DNA of 61,365 bases, the filler included, from Sphacelaria rigidula (Eukaryota): assembly GCA_964200075.2 (NCBI GenBank). It is 6 parts of 6 records of this genome, joined end to end, with 100 filler letters (N's around TTAATTAATTAA, not from the genome) between each part and the next. Parts side by side here need not be neighbours in the genome. Positions count along the whole stretch, not along the records: positions 51,223 to 61,365 come from CAXNAA020007042.1; 5 more parts are not named here. One strand, given 5' to 3'. The position numbers were made by a program, and so were the translations under genes. Shown here one piece after another: positions 51,359 through 61,365 of this stretch. Positions within the stretch are counted from its first letter, which is position 1, and each line of letters opens with the position of its first letter. The notes under the pieces were generated by a model, which was not told the DNA's origin, ran no database searches, and worked only from the letters and a program-made list of their open reading frames with translations.

Positions 51359-51908
51359 AATTATCGTGTCACGGAGGCTTCAGTGCCCTCAGCCTCGAAA
51401 ATGTTGTCGCTGCCGCCAATCTGCTGCCCCGCAACAGGAAGGAAATCACACAGGGGGGGGGGGAAAGAGTTCCGTTTATCCAATTTGCCGGGATCCCAAG
51501 ATTTCGCGAACGGTCCCTTACCCTTGAAATCCAGCTGCGTTCTGGTGTGGATTTTCATGCACTATAATTTTTCGTGTTCGTGTCTTATGTGTGCGTGGGT
51601 GGGTGTGTCATTGGACATTCGGGTTTTGTTTTTGAGTGGGGATTATGATGCATATGTATGGCTCATGTAATGTGGCCCCTTCGTCCACGTTTCCTTCCCG
51701 GTCATCAAATCCGTATATTCAAGGATGAAGCGACACGTACCCTGTCAGCCACGTTCTTTTTATGGGTTAACCCTTTGACTACTGTAGTATCGTGTGTTGG
51801 GTAGTTGAGCGTTTCAGCGTATGTACCTTGTTGGGCCAAACCCTCTCTCCGTCCGACGCACCGAGAACCGCATATGGTCGTCGGTATTTTGACGATCATT
51901 TTGCGCAG

Positions 51909-52028
51909 GCGGACGCGTTGATGCTTCTCAAGGAGTTGTGTCGATGGTCGCTCGGAGAGGAGGGACTCTTTGGCACGAGCGTGGGAGGCAGTGGAGGCCC
52001 GAGCTCAGCGGTGCTTCTGGAAAGCAAG
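51909..52028 (+). CDS. Orphan internal exon of an unidentified gene
   Basis: TTTTGCGCAG acceptor, AAG|GTGAGG donor, 120 nt, open: ADALMLLKELCRWSLGEEGLFGTSVGGSGGPSSAVLLESK. Confidence 0.55.
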
Positions 52029-53865
52029 GTGAGGGCGACAGGGGGACAGGGTGTGTCTGCGTCGACAGGGAGACAGGGGGTAGGGGTAGGGGTAAGTTAT
52101 ACCACTCCCAATCGAGTAACGTCGTCAATATTGTATCAAAACCTCTGAAAAATGTTAATTATTCCAACAAGAAGGCGCCTGCCGATTTGCCCTTCCTTCT
52201 ACTATTGTACTGCTGTCGTACTCTCTCTGCCGTTGCGTCTTTCTGTCCCTCCTTCAAAACTAAGTTTCAGCACGTGTGGAGTGTGTGACGGGGGGGCGGT
52301 GTGTGTGTGTGTGTTGTCCCACTAAACAGGTGCTGAAACTTTTTTTTGAGGGAAAGGCAGAAAAATGCACAGACAGAAGGAGCACTACAGCAAGGAGGGG
52401 TGAATCGGGGGGTGCCTCTTTTTCTTGATAACCGGTATTTTTCCCAAGGTTTGCATACACTGATGGCGAGGTTACCCAATTAAGAGGGGTGAGTATTTGC
52501 GCAAAAATATACCGATCATGCCAATAATTAAATTTTTGTGTAGAGCCATTTGTTCTCTCTGCGCGGGACCCCAAATAATATGAACATCAATGTATCCTAG
52601 AAACCAAACTTTCGTTTCGAGTACATATCATGTCCGGAAACAGAAAATATTCGAAGTAGAAAAGTTTATTTGTAGGGGATATTGGTCACAACACATTTGA
52701 TATATGGCACAGATTTGAAAAATAAGCTTGGTTTGTAGGAGACACTGGTGTCAGAACATGGAGGTCTGGAACAGAAATCCTCATGATGACTATATACGAG
52801 GATATTAGAAAATGACAGATGACAAATATAGTAATTTCTCTGTTTCGCAGGCACACTCTTGTAAGGCAAGTTGAGCAACAGAAGGTCGCTGCGACGTCGT
52901 ATGATGCCTTGTATCGGTGGTCCATTTGTTTTGCGCGTTCTCTGCCCTCCCTGATGCACGGGGTGGCAACGTGGTTTGCTCTCCTATCAGCCTAGTAGGT
53001 CAGGGGGCAACCAACATCGCACTATTTTTTCAATCGGCTGGTCTGAGGAGGTCTGTGGAAAGGATGGTTGGTCTTCAAGAGGCTATTGTTAGAAGTAGGA
53101 ACGGTGCTCCTTCTCGAAAGGGATTCGTGGTCAAAGGTCAAACGACTAAGGCAAGCAACAAATGAGTACGCCGCCCCCCCGCCCCCCCCCCCCTACTATT
53201 TTATAGGCATCTCTGCAAGTATTGCGAGAGACTTCTTGGGATATCCTTTGGCGGTGCTAAAATATTGTAGTACTTTCATTCACAACTTTTGAATATTCTC
53301 GGGTGCAAGCTGTCATCCTGCCGTCGATGTAAAGGTGTGATTGTGTGTATGGGGTGTAAAAAGTATTTATTCATTTTCCAGAGAGGTTTGTGATATTTTA
53401 TCCTCTTCTCAAGATGGTGTCTCGTGTGTTCCTTGTCACCGCGGGTAGATTGGTGGCGAACAGGTCAATCTCCGACACAAATAAATCTACAGAAGGAAGA
53501 AAAAACGAAGTTCAATGATCAGTCACAGACAACTCCCCACGACGTGACATGATCACCATCACCGTCACCTACAAAGAAAAGGTCATGTCGAAAAAAAGCT
53601 GCTCTATACTCGCCACTGCCCCTCCATAGCAAAGCAAACAGCAACGGCTCCTTTGGATCCTGATCGTGTCCCTCACTTTCCTTTGAAAAAAACATTGCGC
53701 AATATATATGGAGATGAGCATGACCTGGAATATTCTCCCTGAAATCAGCTGCGCGTCTTCAAAATTGGTTTCACCGTGTAGCTCTCTCCCTTCCTTGCGA
53801 CTCTTCCGGTCCCCCAACTCCCTCCTGCCCACGAGGCGGAATCTCGAACCGACACAAAAAGATAG

Positions 53866-55236
53866 CACACCTAGGACAGCTCATGTGCTAGCTCATCTGC
53901 GGGCGGTAGCTCACTTGTAGCCAAACATGTACATGTGAGGCATGTCCGATAGCTCAACACAAGGTAAACGTGTGATGATGACCTACGAATTGGTAGCTCA
54001 CCCAGGGCGAATATGAGCTGATGAGCTACGGGTTGGTAGCTCACCCAGGGCAAACATGCGTAGCTCATGTAGTTCTCATAGCTCACCCAGGACAAATCTG
54101 AGCTGATGAGCTACGGGTTGGTAGCTCACCTATCGCAAACGTGCGTAGCTCATACAGCTCCCATATCTCACTCAGGGCGAATATGAGCTGATGAGCTACG
54201 GGTTGATAGCTCACCCAGGGCAAACATGTGCAGCTCATGTAGCTCTCACAGCTCAACCAGGGAAAACATATGCGGATGAGCTACGCTCAATAGCTCACCC
54301 AAGGCAAACATGTGTAGCTCACGCAGCTCTTGTAGCTCACTCAGGGCAAACATGAGCAGATGAGCTACGCCCGGTAGCTCACCCCAGGGACACATGGTCG
54401 TGGCTCACTCACGTCATATGCCTAGCTCGCCGTTGGCCAACCCCGTGTCGCTCATGATGTAACATTCTTGTTCGAACGGATGGCGCCACATATCATTAGG
54501 TGTGATGTTTTGCCTCACTCTTCGCGATAAGAAGAAAAGAAGCCAACACATAGCATCCTCGTTCGCTTGGTCGGATGATTGAAAAAAGTGTTAATATTCA
54601 GTGTCTACAATAATCGACCGATTCATTTCTTTTGATCGGTTGGCCGCGAGGGTACGAGTCCATCTGGTCATGCATACGTTTTTCAAGTCAAATTGGAGCC
54701 CATTCAATAGATAACTTATGATCCCCGTCAAGGGGTCAGCCCTTTGAGCGCAAGGATTGGCGATCTGATATATCAGCATAATTCATGTTATTTTTCGGGT
54801 GTGAATGATGCCGATTCAGAGACCTCCTACCCTCGTGGTCAAACGGATAAGCAATCGTAGCTCTCATAGCTCACCCAGGGCGAATATGAGCTGATGAGCT
54901 ACGAGTTGGTAGCTCACCCAGGGCAAACATGCGTATCTCATGCAGCTCTCATAGCTCACCCAGGACAAATCTGAGCTGATGAGCTACGGGTTGGTAGCTC
55001 ACCTATCGCAAACGTGCGTAGCTCATACAGCTCCCATAGCTCACCCAGGACGAATATGAGCTGATGAGCTACGGGTTGGTACCTTACGTACGGTAAACAT
55101 GCGTAGCTCATACAGCTCTCATAGCTTACCCCAGGAAAAACATGCGTAGCTCATATATAGCTCTCAAAGCTCACTAGGGAGCTACGCTAAAAAAGAGCTG
55201 GCTCGAGCTATAGGGAGCTGATCTGTCCGACGTGTG
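53866..55236. mobile_element. Non-autonomous TIR element (CACAC ends, CMC/CACTA-like) with ~85-bp subterminal arrays
   Basis: CACACCTAGGACAG / CTGTCCGACGTGTG termini; AGCTC-rich arrays at ~53875-54420 and ~54855-55190 around a unique core. Confidence 0.65.
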
Positions 55237-55580
55237 AAATCCTCTGTCAACGATAAGGTTATCGATTTATGCAAGGTGCCGTTCGGAGCTCGTCACCTCT
55301 GCCAGGAAGTACCTGTCAAAGGCGGGGGGCAAATGACTCAGAAACCCCAACAAAGGTAGGACATTTTAAGCGTCTTAGGGGGTACGACTTTGCACAACCC
55401 CGAGCACCGTAAGATAGCGAGCGACCACCGCGTGCGCGCGGGGGGGGGGGGGCAGGGAATTGAGGCTGGGAAAAAAATGAGGGCCAGCAACAGATAATAA
55501 GAGGCCGGCGGGAGCGGGGGTGCGGTACTTTTTTGCCTGGTTTCGAGCCCTCATTTCTTTTGGTTACCGTGGAGCCGGTC

Positions 55581-55806
55581 GCCCCGGTGGCTCGAGTGGT
55601 AACCTCCTCCAATCCTTCTGGCGGTTAGGTCGTGGGTTCGAATCTTGGTGCAGTCACACGATCTGGGATTTTTTCCCACACAATGCACAACCACGCAGAG
55701 CGACCATGTCCTGGGTACACGAAATTCGACTGACTTCACAGTCGACAAGGGAAAGGGAGTGTTGAACCCTTTTTGCGATAAAAAATGAGACAAGCACCGC
55801 AGAAAA
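55581..55806 (+). mobile_element. tRNA-derived SINE
   Basis: A box TGGCTCGAGTGG, B box GGTTCGAATC; body homologous to 36449-36665. Confidence 0.7.
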
Positions 55807-56159
55807 CACGGGATTGACAAACTGGGGATGAGTTTTTATTGCAGATGAACCTTGAGAAGCTTCATACGCATCGAAATACGTTCGAAAAAGAAGTTCAAAT
55901 GCACTCTCCGCCCGTGATGTGTGGTCTCACTCATCCCAAGAAAAGTCCATCTGAAATTGGTGAAATCCGGGTTTTTTATACCGAACGATGTCGTCCTCCT
56001 GTCAACCCGGCACAAACACTGTTCGTATTTACTAGAGTTACAAATGCAACACTGTAGTGAGCGGACGATTATAATACATGATAACAAGAACAGTTATGAT
56101 CAGCGGCGAGTTGGAATATAAAAAATGGTAAAGAGTGGTCACGCCGGCTTTTGAGTTTG

Positions 56160-56590
56160 AACACGGGGTTTTACAAATTGGGCATGGATCTTTTATTTGG
56201 GATGAAAATCCGGAGAATTAAAATCTTCGTATCCACTACTAATCTTCGAAGTATGCTTCCATTTCTTCACTTGCTGGCGGCTATTAACAACTGCTACAAG
56301 CCATACGAATTTGGATTTCGATAACCGAAATGTCGGAGTCCCAGGTGAAGTACCAATTTTGGGGGATCTTAGGTGTCCGATCGCACGCCAAAATTGCTTC
56401 TTCACCTAGAACCCCGACATTTCCGTTATCGAAATCCAAATTTGTATGGCGTTTAATAGTTGATAAAAGCTACCGGCAAGTGGAGAAATGGAACCATACT
56501 TGAAGGATTAGGTGTGGATACGAATATTTTAATTCTCCGGGTTTTCATCCACAGTAAAAGATCCATCCCCAATTAGTAGAATTCCGTGTT
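56160..56590. mobile_element. ~430-bp palindromic element
   Basis: AACACGG...GGATCTTTTA arm mirrored by TAAAAGATCC...CCGTGTT; centre near 56375. Confidence 0.8.
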
Positions 56591-56811
56591 TTTAGGGCTT
56601 TCCGTCGGATCTTAATAAACTCGAGACGAGTTCAGGACACCTTTGATTTTCCGGTGTCCTGACTTTTATTTTTGGCAAACTCGCATTTTTATCTGAGAAC
56701 TATCAAAATATTTTCGGGGAAGAAATGTACATGGGCGATTTCCGTGCGCCGTTCCGGGACTTCCTCATCCTCAACGAAAAGCCCCATCCTCATTTTTGAT
56801 GATCGACTCTT

Positions 56812-57232
56812 AACACGGAATCTTATAGATTGGTGATGGATCTTTTATTGGGGATGAGAAACCCGGCGAATAAAAATCTTCGTATCCACACCAAATCTTC
56901 GAAATATGGTTCCTTTTCTTCACCTACTGGTAGCTGTTGACAACTGCTACACACAATAGAAATTTGAATTTCGATCAACGAAATGTTGGGGTCCTGGGTG
57001 AAAAGCCAATTTCGGAATCATTTTGGCGTCCGTTCGGACACCCGAAATTCCCCAAATTGTTTTTTCACCGAGGACCCCAACATTTCGTCGATCGAAGTTC
57101 AAATTTCTATGGCGTGTAAAAGTTGTCAATAGCTACCAGTAGGTGAAAAAATGGAACCTCACTTCGAGGGTTAGGTGTGAATACGAAGACTTTAATTCTC
57201 CGGGTTTCTCATCCCCGATAAAAGATGCATCC
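56812..57232. mobile_element. Second palindromic element, right end cut by the Gypsy LTR
   Basis: Same family as 56160-56590; right arm stops at AAAGATGCATCC, directly before TGTGACG. Confidence 0.8.
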
Positions 57233-57488
57233 TGTGACGAAATCACGCCTTCACGTTGAGTATATGGTGATGATTGGATGATGACTTGGGGTCTGTAGTG
57301 ATGACATGGATGATGACATGGACACAGGGGTGTTACCCTGATGTGGTTTGTGGAGCCGCTTGCGGCAAGCACTCCGGGAATAAAAAAGGTGTTGTGAAGG
57401 CTGGCAACTAAGACCTTGAGGCCAGTGGAACTGGGGAGTCCCTCAACAGCATTAGACGCTGCAGTACTAGCAACCTGCTGGCGTCACA
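57233..57488 (+). repeat. 5' LTR (256 bp)
   Basis: TGTGACG...CGTCACA inverted termini; AATAAA near 57379; ends homologous to 61146 onward. Confidence 0.85.
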
Positions 57489-57761
57489 ATATCGATATTA
57501 GTGCTAGGAGTGCTAGGAGTGCTAGGAGTGCTAGTTGTGCTATCGTTAGGAGACTGCTGGAAAATGTTCAGCAGGGAGGAGTCTGGACAGCTTGTGATAG
57601 CTTCGGGCATATAGCTTCACGGACGCGTGAGGAGGTTTCAAGCTGAGGTAGCTGCAAAGGCGGCTGGCCGGTGATTGATCCAGACTGGAGACTTGCTGAA
57701 GCTGCGTGCAGCGGGTGTTTAAAGGACCCCAGGGCTGTGTGGAGCGGCGAAGAAGGCAGAT

Positions 57762-60700
57762 GTGAATTGTAAGTTCGAGAAGGTTCAGAAATCTTCGGTT
57801 TTCCGCTCGAAAATGTCGACTACCGAGGTACCGGCAATAGAGCCAGCGGAGGCGACTGCAACCCCAGTCGTTCTAAGGGAACAGTTGCGGCCGTCCAGTT
57901 ACAGGAATATGTATTCTGAGTGTGCTTCTCATTCGTTCTACACGAAATACGTGGAATACAAGAAGAGGGTAGAGCATGCGAATGCGGGGGGTGCGGTAAG
58001 GCATCAGGTGGTATCCATGGCGCAACTCGCGCCTACCACTCCCCAACGCGTTTTTGCGAGGAGAATCCATGAAATGCACACAATAACGCCACCGCAATTG
58101 GTTTCAGCGATCAGAAAGCATGCTAGGCATGCGGTGGGCACTTGCCACTGTTGTGGCCAGGTCGGCCATTACGCGCTCGATTGCCTACCGTCTTCCGGTG
58201 GAAATTCTGGGCAGTCTCATGCCGCGCGTCATCAGCATCGTCAGCACAAGGGCAAAAGACGAGGTGATCGTGGTGGCGTCGGCGGAGGATCCTCCAGCGG
58301 TGGAGGTGCCCAGTCAAGCTCCCAGCATCAGCAGCAGCAGCAGGGGCAGCGGCGTCAGCAGGGTTCCGGTTCTGGGTCCGGCTCAGCCGCAAGGGCTGCT
58401 GCTCCGCAACGGGCGGTGCCGGTCGGACCGACCACTCTAGTGTCGGATTCAATGCCGGCGCCGCCAGCAGCAGAGCAAGACGAGATGCCTGCTACTGAGC
58501 CGGCCGGATTTCAACTGACATTTCGATCCGCTGCTGCGTCAGCCGGAGTACCGCTGTAATTTGTTTCTGCGGGCGGGGCTTCATACCCGCCGGCGGTGCC
58601 GGTGACCCCAGCGGGGGCGTCTATGCCTGCATCGCACGCGCAGCCGTGGCGCCAAGTGGGGATCACGAACAATCAGTCGGCGGAGCAGGTGCCCGTCGAG
58701 TACCAAGGCAAATATATTGCTGCAGAGCTATATCTCCCGAATCACCGGGCGCGGGGAGCCATTGCGGTTCAGGCTAAGTGGGATTCTGGCACCCACTGGA
58801 CGGGTCATGTGAGTCTGTCGGTACAGATTGTAGAGATGTTGGAGCGTCTTCTCCCGGGTGTGCCACTGTGCATTCCGTTTTCGCTCCGGACACGGCAGGC
58901 TGTTACCGCATCGGGTCAGCATGTTTACGTCACAGAGCGTACTGTTGCGCTGCAGCTGACGTTCATGACTTCCTGGGGACCAGCGCAGTTGCCTCCGATC
59001 GCATTTGCGATCATGCCGGGATCGGATGGCGTTATTCTTCTGGGGTTGCCAATGGTTCAGGATATTGGAATCAACGCTCGGCGGTTGTGGGACTCCATGA
59101 AGACGCGGATGTCTCCGCCTGGTCCGCACGTGGAGACGGCCGCCGTTTTGGGCAGTAGTCGCGTGAGCTTGTCGGTGGATGCTTTTCAGGAGGATGGAGG
59201 GCAGGTGACCGAGGAGCGGGATGCGGCGGTGGAACGCTCAATAGAGCGCGGCCCGGAGATATTTATTGATCCGGCGGAAGAGGAGTCCTCCCGGAAGGTC
59301 GCGCTGGAGGAGAGCGTGACGGATGCTGGGGCGAACAGCCTCAGCATCTCAAAAGCGGAGCGCCTGCGCGGCATATTGCATTGCCGCGTCAACGCGTTTC
59401 GTCGTGCGCTGCGGGGTGATCCCACTGCGCGCGTGGAGCCCATGCGTGTTCAGCCAAAACCTGGGTCGTCCGCGGCGAAGACGAAGCCGCGGCGGCACGA
59501 TCCAGTGAAATCGAGTTGGTTGGCATTATGCATGGCGGCTCTTTTGGCGCTCGGGTTGGCGTTACGGAATTTGCAGGCGGGGGGGTCCAGTCCAGATATG
59601 GGGTTTCCGAAGAAGGCTATATCGTGGATGAAGGGCAGGCTGCAGGCTTGGCGGCAGCGCAGGATCTGGTGGCTCATGCTGTGACGCTGTTCCATCCTCG
59701 TCCTGATTTTCAGGTGTCAATGTTTCCGGATGCATTTGAGTGCCATTGGGGTAGTTTTGTAACGCAGGTGCATCATGCAGAAATGCAATAACGGTTGCCG
59801 GTTGAAGACATGACGCATGAACCGCTGGCTTTTCCGAGTGGTAATTTCAAGGGTTCACAGATGCGTTGGGCAACCATTGACAAGGAAGGTTTTACTATCG
59901 TGAGCACTTTTCGTGGTCTTGAGCATCAATTGTGGAATGACGTACACATTTTCACGGATCACCGAAATCTAGCGCACATTTTCAACCCGGAGGCATGCGT
60001 GACGTCTGTGTCGAAGGCGTTGGCACAGCGATTGGAGGGGTGGAAAGGTGTATTAGGCCAGTATCGGTACACGATTTGTCATATACCGGGTGAACGTGAC
60101 GCGTGAGGTGACTTGCTGTCGCGCTGGGAGAATATTCCCACTTTGCCTGCGCGCGCTATGGCTGTGTATGGTCCGTGCGAACCTGATGACTCGATGCCGT
60201 CCACATCTGTTGTCCGCCAAGCGCAACGAAAAGACCTTGGGACCGAAGATACGGGTATGCTATCTTTCAAGTCGGACGTTGATACTGCTATCTTGGACAA
60301 TGAAGGTCTGCTTTGTGTGCACGTGCGTGGCCGAAACGTTTTGTGGATTCCGAGTGTTGACAAGCAGTTGCAGGTACGTCTGATGATTTGCACGCACATG
60401 CGCGATGCTGGGTATCGTGGTGTGGCTGCGACACAAGGGCGCTGGCAAGAGTTTTGTGTCTGACAGGGGATAGAATATCATGTGCGCAAATTTGTCCGCC
60501 AGTGTCTTCACTGTGCTGAGTCGAGGGCGGGCGATGTTGTTCCCCGCCCGCTCGGCGAAACGGTCCATGGGACCGCGCCGAATGAAGTCGTTCGTTTTGA
60601 CTTTTTGTACGTGGGCGAGAGTGGCCCGCTAAGGTTTGTCGTAGGATGCGGGGTTTCGATATATTTTGATAATTATGGATGATTTGAGCAACTTTGTGGC

Positions 60701-61045
60701 TCTGGAACTAGTGGCAGTGTGTACTGCTGAATCGCCCGCTGCATCTTTGCTGAAATGGTGAAAAACTTTGGGGGTGTCCCGTGTGTGGGTGAGTGATACC
60801 GACACGCATTTTAAGAATGCGATCTTGGCCCGATTGCAAGAGGCTTTGCGCGTTGATCACTAGTTTGCGGTAGCGTATTCTCCGTGGTCTAACGGTACGT
60901 GCGAACGCATGGTCAAGGAAGTAGTTCGTGCTCTTCGCTCTATTCTTCTCGAGCAGCGTAGAGCGGTTTCCGAGTGGGTGGGCTTGTTGCCGGTGGTGCA
61001 ATGGGCGCTCAATACAGTGTATCGACGTCGTTATGATCGTACGCC
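57762..61045 (+). pseudogene. Disrupted gag-pol
   Basis: CHCCGQVGHYALDC (CX2CX4HX4C); in-frame TAA at 58557; protease WDSG; RNase H MFPDA...KE...FTDHRNL; integrase H...CLHC, FDFL, WVSD, SNGTCERM; multiple stops and frameshifts. Confidence 0.9.
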
Positions 61046-61145
61046 GATAGTGGGATTCAGTTGTAACTTGCTCAATCGTTTTGGCGTTAGTTTTCTGAGT
61101 GTCAACCTTGTTGCTCGGTTCTCGTCCAACACGCTTTGGGGCTGC

Positions 61146-61306
61146 TGTGGCGAAATCACACCGTCATGTTCAGTCATGTTGAGTATATAGTGGATCCTGG
61201 GTGATGACCCTTGCTGTGTAGCCCAGGCCTGACGGTACGGGGCTGCAGCTGTGTACTCCGGGAATGATAAGGTGTTGTGAAGGCTGACAAGTGAGACCTT
61301 GAGGCC
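61146..61306 (+). repeat. 3' LTR-like sequence, interrupted
   Basis: TGTGGCGAAATCAC start and ACTCCGGGAAT...GGTGTTGTGAAGGCTG...AGACCTTGAGGCC match the 5' LTR; the middle is diverged. Confidence 0.8.
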
Positions 61307-61365
61307 TGTGACGCTAGCAGGTCTGCTAGTACTGCAGCGTCTAAATGCTGTTGAGGGACTCCCCA
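61307..61365 (-). repeat. LTR 3' end in inverted orientation
   Basis: TGTGACGCTAGCAGG...TTGAGGGACTCCCCA is a near reverse complement of 57432-57488. Confidence 0.9.

Larger units (their letters stand above)
57233..61365 (+). mobile_element. Decayed Ty3/Gypsy LTR retrotransposon
   Basis: LTR, gag zinc knuckle, protease, RNase H, integrase, then an LTR-like sequence, in Gypsy domain order. Confidence 0.92.

Noticed and set aside
45519..52028. Joining the 51909-52028 exon to exportin-T
   Set aside because: They lie on different contigs separated by an artificial linker, and the peptide is not the expected next XPOT segment
53875..55190. Palindromic repeats resembling a CRISPR array
   Set aside because: Intervening sequences are themselves repeated rather than unique spacers, there are no cas genes, and the context is eukaryotic
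55581..55655. Functional tRNA gene
   Set aside because: A/B boxes are present but I could not form a convincing cloverleaf, and it is attached to a repeated non-tRNA body, so a SINE is more likely

Overview
Eukaryotic, intron-rich and repeat-rich DNA. A stramenopile, most likely a brown alga, is my inference from gene and intron style; it is not proven. The window is not one locus. It is six independent contigs of 10145, 10145, 10144, 10144, 10144 and 10143 bp, in descending size order, joined by an artificial 100-bp linker (N44-TTAATTAATTAA-N44), so nothing can be linked across a linker. Supported genes: three 3' exons of the N-terminal acetyltransferase NAA10/ARD1; two 3' exons of a HERP-like ER membrane protein; a complete-looking 3-exon gene for a 767-aa signal-peptide protein with a long acidic region and a duplicated Cys module; one exportin-T exon; and one orphan exon. 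The rest is largely transposon debris. It includes a decayed Ty3/Gypsy element lacking its RT core, with mismatched LTRs and an inverted LTR end, a hAT transposase remnant, tRNA-derived SINE-like repeats, several palindromic MITE-like families, a CACAC-ended element with ~85-bp subterminal arrays, and a perfect 63-bp-arm hairpin. I see no convincing novel multi-gene system. The best leads are the uncharacterised Cys-repeat protein, the Gypsy LTR inversion junction and the hairpin.
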